From a virus: DNA of 64,000 bases. Where the stretch lies: positions 121,266-185,265 of IMG/VR virus record IMGVR_UViG_3300045960_000114; one strand, given 5' to 3'. Positions 62,029 through 64,000 of this stretch are shown one piece after another. The position numbers and the translations under genes are program-made. Every line of letters begins with the position of its first letter. The stretch's first letter is position 1. A model generated the notes under the pieces. It was not told where the DNA came from. It saw nothing but the letters and a program-made list of their open reading frames with translations, and searched no databases.

Positions 62029-64000
62029 GTGTCTGACATAAAACAGTTTCTCCTGACCACGCCCCCGAGCGGCTCTATTCAGAGTGGCATGCTTGGCGAT
62101 GGCTCGGTCGTCAGTGGCTCTATTGCCGCTGGGGCGGTTGGTCCAGGGGCGCTGGCTTCTGGCGCCGTGGTATCGGGTCGCATTGGCAATGCAGCAGTTG
62201 TATCGGGGTCGATCGCCAGTGGTCAGATCGGTCAGTACCATCTGGCTTCTGGTGTCGGCGGCTCTGCGACGCTGACTTCTGGAGCTGTTCAGTCTGGTCA
62301 GCTCGGCAACGGTGCCGTGGTCAGTGGGTCCATTGCTTCCGGCCAGGTAAGCAGCGCTCACTTTGCGAGCGGTACGATTCTTCCGCCCGCAAGCGGGGCA
62401 ATCGTGTCTGGTATGCTGGGCAATGGCTCTGTGGTTAGCGGTTCGATTGCCAGCGGTCAGATCGGATGGCAGCATCTGCGCTCCGGGCTGCTCAACCTGA
62501 ACTCTGGAATTGGCTACGTGTCGTCCGGCCAGATCGGCTCGGGCCAGGTCAGCAACTTCCATCTGGCCAGCGGTGCGGTCCTGGCCAGCAATTCTGTGGT
62601 CGATACAGCACGGTTCGGTTACTGGCTGGCTTCCGGCGACTTCACGACTCAACGTGCGATGGAGACGCTGGACAAGAAGGGCATCACCGGCGAGCCGATG
62701 GGCTTCCCGAACCAGACCGATTCGCAGCTCGGCAGCGGTGGCGTCCTGTTCGACAACAGCAAGTACACGTTCACGATTCAGCCGAATTCCGGCAGATCGT
62801 CGTTCGATGTCTGGGTGCTTGGCCGGCAGTACATCTTCAGCGGCGCGCAGTCGATCAACATCTCCGGCTCGATCGCTTCTGGTGGCGAGGGGATGTGGTA
62901 TTTCTATTTCGGATCTGGCGGCGTTCTCGTTGCGCAGAGTTCGATTTGGGCGCTCAACGACGGTGCGCCCGCCATGGCTGGCTACTGGAACGCGGCCAGC
63001 GGCCTGATGGACCCGGTCAACGAAGAACGCCACGGCGTGGTGATGCCGTGGGCTGACCATGGGTATGCGCATGATACCTTCGGCATGCGGTACCAGGCTG
63101 GTCTGACGCTGACTGGTACAGTCACGGGAACTGGCGTCGCTGACTCGGATGCTCAGGTTGCGTTGACAGGCGGGTCTCTACACGACGAAGACAATGAAGT
63201 TACGGTCGTCAGCGGTGTCACCGGAACGACGCGCTACGCCCAGACTATTGCGCCAATCGCCAAGCTGCCGATATTCTTCCGAATGGGCTTAAATGGACCA
63301 TGGCGCAGTAAAGTGGCTAACAATTTCCCGCTCTACGAGAACGCTGGCTCGCGTATCAGCTACAACTTGGACACCGCGGGTACGTGGTCAGTTCCGGCGG
63401 CTACCAACGGCAACTATGTCGCCATGTGGATTCTGGGAACCACAGATTACTACGAACCAATTATCGCGGTCATGGGCCAGCGGCAGGATACGTCGTTGCC
63501 GAATGCGGTGGCCAACAACACCTACGAAACCATGGCGCTTGGCACATTCCCGGCCACAGAAACAAAGGTACTCTATCGTCTGATCTTCCAGACAGGCGAC
63601 GGGCCACCAACAAACTTCACCAATACGCCCCATGCGCGTTTAGTGAACATTACGGACTACCGTTCGATCAGCAATGCGCCGAATGGTACTTACGTTGCAA
63701 CGGACCACAACAGTTTGGCTGGTTTGTCCACGTACCCCGCTCATCCGGCTGCTGCGCTGAGCATGGATACGACGGCGTTCAGCGGCACGTTGCTCAATGC
63801 TTCGGGCACGATCCAGGCGGCGTTGAATCAGTTGGATCAGATCGTCATTCGGTCCAGCAACTACGCTTCTGGCTCGATCGGCTCGTTCCCGTTGGGTAAC
63901 GGGGCTGTTCTGAGTGCCAATGTTGGAAGCGGTCAGCTCGCGTTCATTCACATGCGTTCCGGTGCTATCGGTAACCTGGCTTCAGGTTTCGGGGCACTGC
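62029..64000 (+). CDS. Second Ser/Gly-repeat fibre protein, 3'-truncated (not in ORF track)
   Basis: GTG after AAGGAGG; I read frame 1 with no stop to base 64000; same SG repeats plus a unique GEPMGFPN...EERHG domain. Confidence 0.85.
   Translation, partial: MSDIKQFLLTTPPSGSIQSGMLGDGSVVSGSIAAGAVGPGALASGAVVSGRIGNAAVVSGSIASGQIGQYHLASGVGGSATLTSGAVQSGQLGNGAVVSGSIASGQVSSAHFASGTILPPASGAIVSGMLGNGSVVSGSIASGQIGWQHLRSGLLNLNSGIGYVSSGQIGSGQVSNFHLASGAVLASNSVVDTARFGYWLASGDFTTQRAMETLDKKGITGEPMGFPNQTDSQLGSGGVLFDNSKYTFTIQPNSGRSSFDVWVLGRQYIFSGAQSINISGSIASGGEGMWYFYFGSGGVLVAQSSIWALNDGAPAMAGYWNAASGLMDPVNEERHGVVMPWADHGYAHDTFGMRYQAGLTLTGTVTGTGVADSDAQVALTGGSLHDEDNEVTVVSGVTGTTRYAQTIAPIAKLPIFFRMGLNGPWRSKVANNFPLYENAGSRISYNLDTAGTWSVPAATNGNYVAMWILGTTDYYEPIIAVMGQRQDTSLPNAVANNTYETMALGTFPATETKVLYRLIFQTGDGPPTNFTNTPHARLVNITDYRSISNAPNGTYVATDHNSLAGLSTYPAHPAAALSMDTTAFSGTLLNASGTIQAALNQLDQIVIRSSNYASGSIGSFPLGNGAVLSANVGSGQLAFIHMRSGAIGNLASGFGAL

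Noticed and set aside
54130-64000. CRISPR-like or non-coding repeat array
   Set aside because: Repeats are in-frame protein repeats with synonymous variation; there is no repeat-spacer structure anywhere in the window.
1-64000. Stop-codon reassignment
   Set aside because: Long genes (RNR, portal, fibres) are intact in the standard code, and TAA, TAG and TGA all end genes at operon junctions.

Overview
This window is a GC-rich, gene-dense stretch of a large tailed bacteriophage genome (jumbo/huge-phage-like), almost all on the + strand and in the standard genetic code. From left to right it holds: (i) a prokaryotic ubiquitin-like conjugation cassette (E2 family D, JAB isopeptidase, ThiF/E1; 223-3311), plus a separate ubiquitin-like beta-grasp gene at 17740 whose C-terminus reads CCR instead of GG; (ii) about 25 kb of small accessory genes (Zn ribbons, lipoproteins, HAD phosphatase, Lar-like, SMR-like, SH3-like paralogs) interspersed with structured intergenic RNAs; (iii) nucleotide and DNA metabolism genes (class II RNR, dUTPase, DEDDh exonuclease, RuvC-like resolvase, apparently inactive DnaB-like and PolB-exonuclease-like proteins); (iv) sugar-modification genes (HldE-like kinase, cupin, a GT-A enzyme, two GT9-like glycosyltransferase + SAM methyltransferase pairs); and (v) the start of a virion module (putative portal, then a 2618-aa Ser/Gly-repeat fibre and a second fibre that runs off the right edge). 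Non-coding signals seen directly in the sequence are two non-canonical tRNA-like elements, seven GCAG motifs at exact 11-bp spacing, a 25-bp palindrome present four times, and a recurrent candidate promoter motif. No CRISPR array, rRNA or transposase was found. All protein family calls come from motif recognition by eye; no database search was run.
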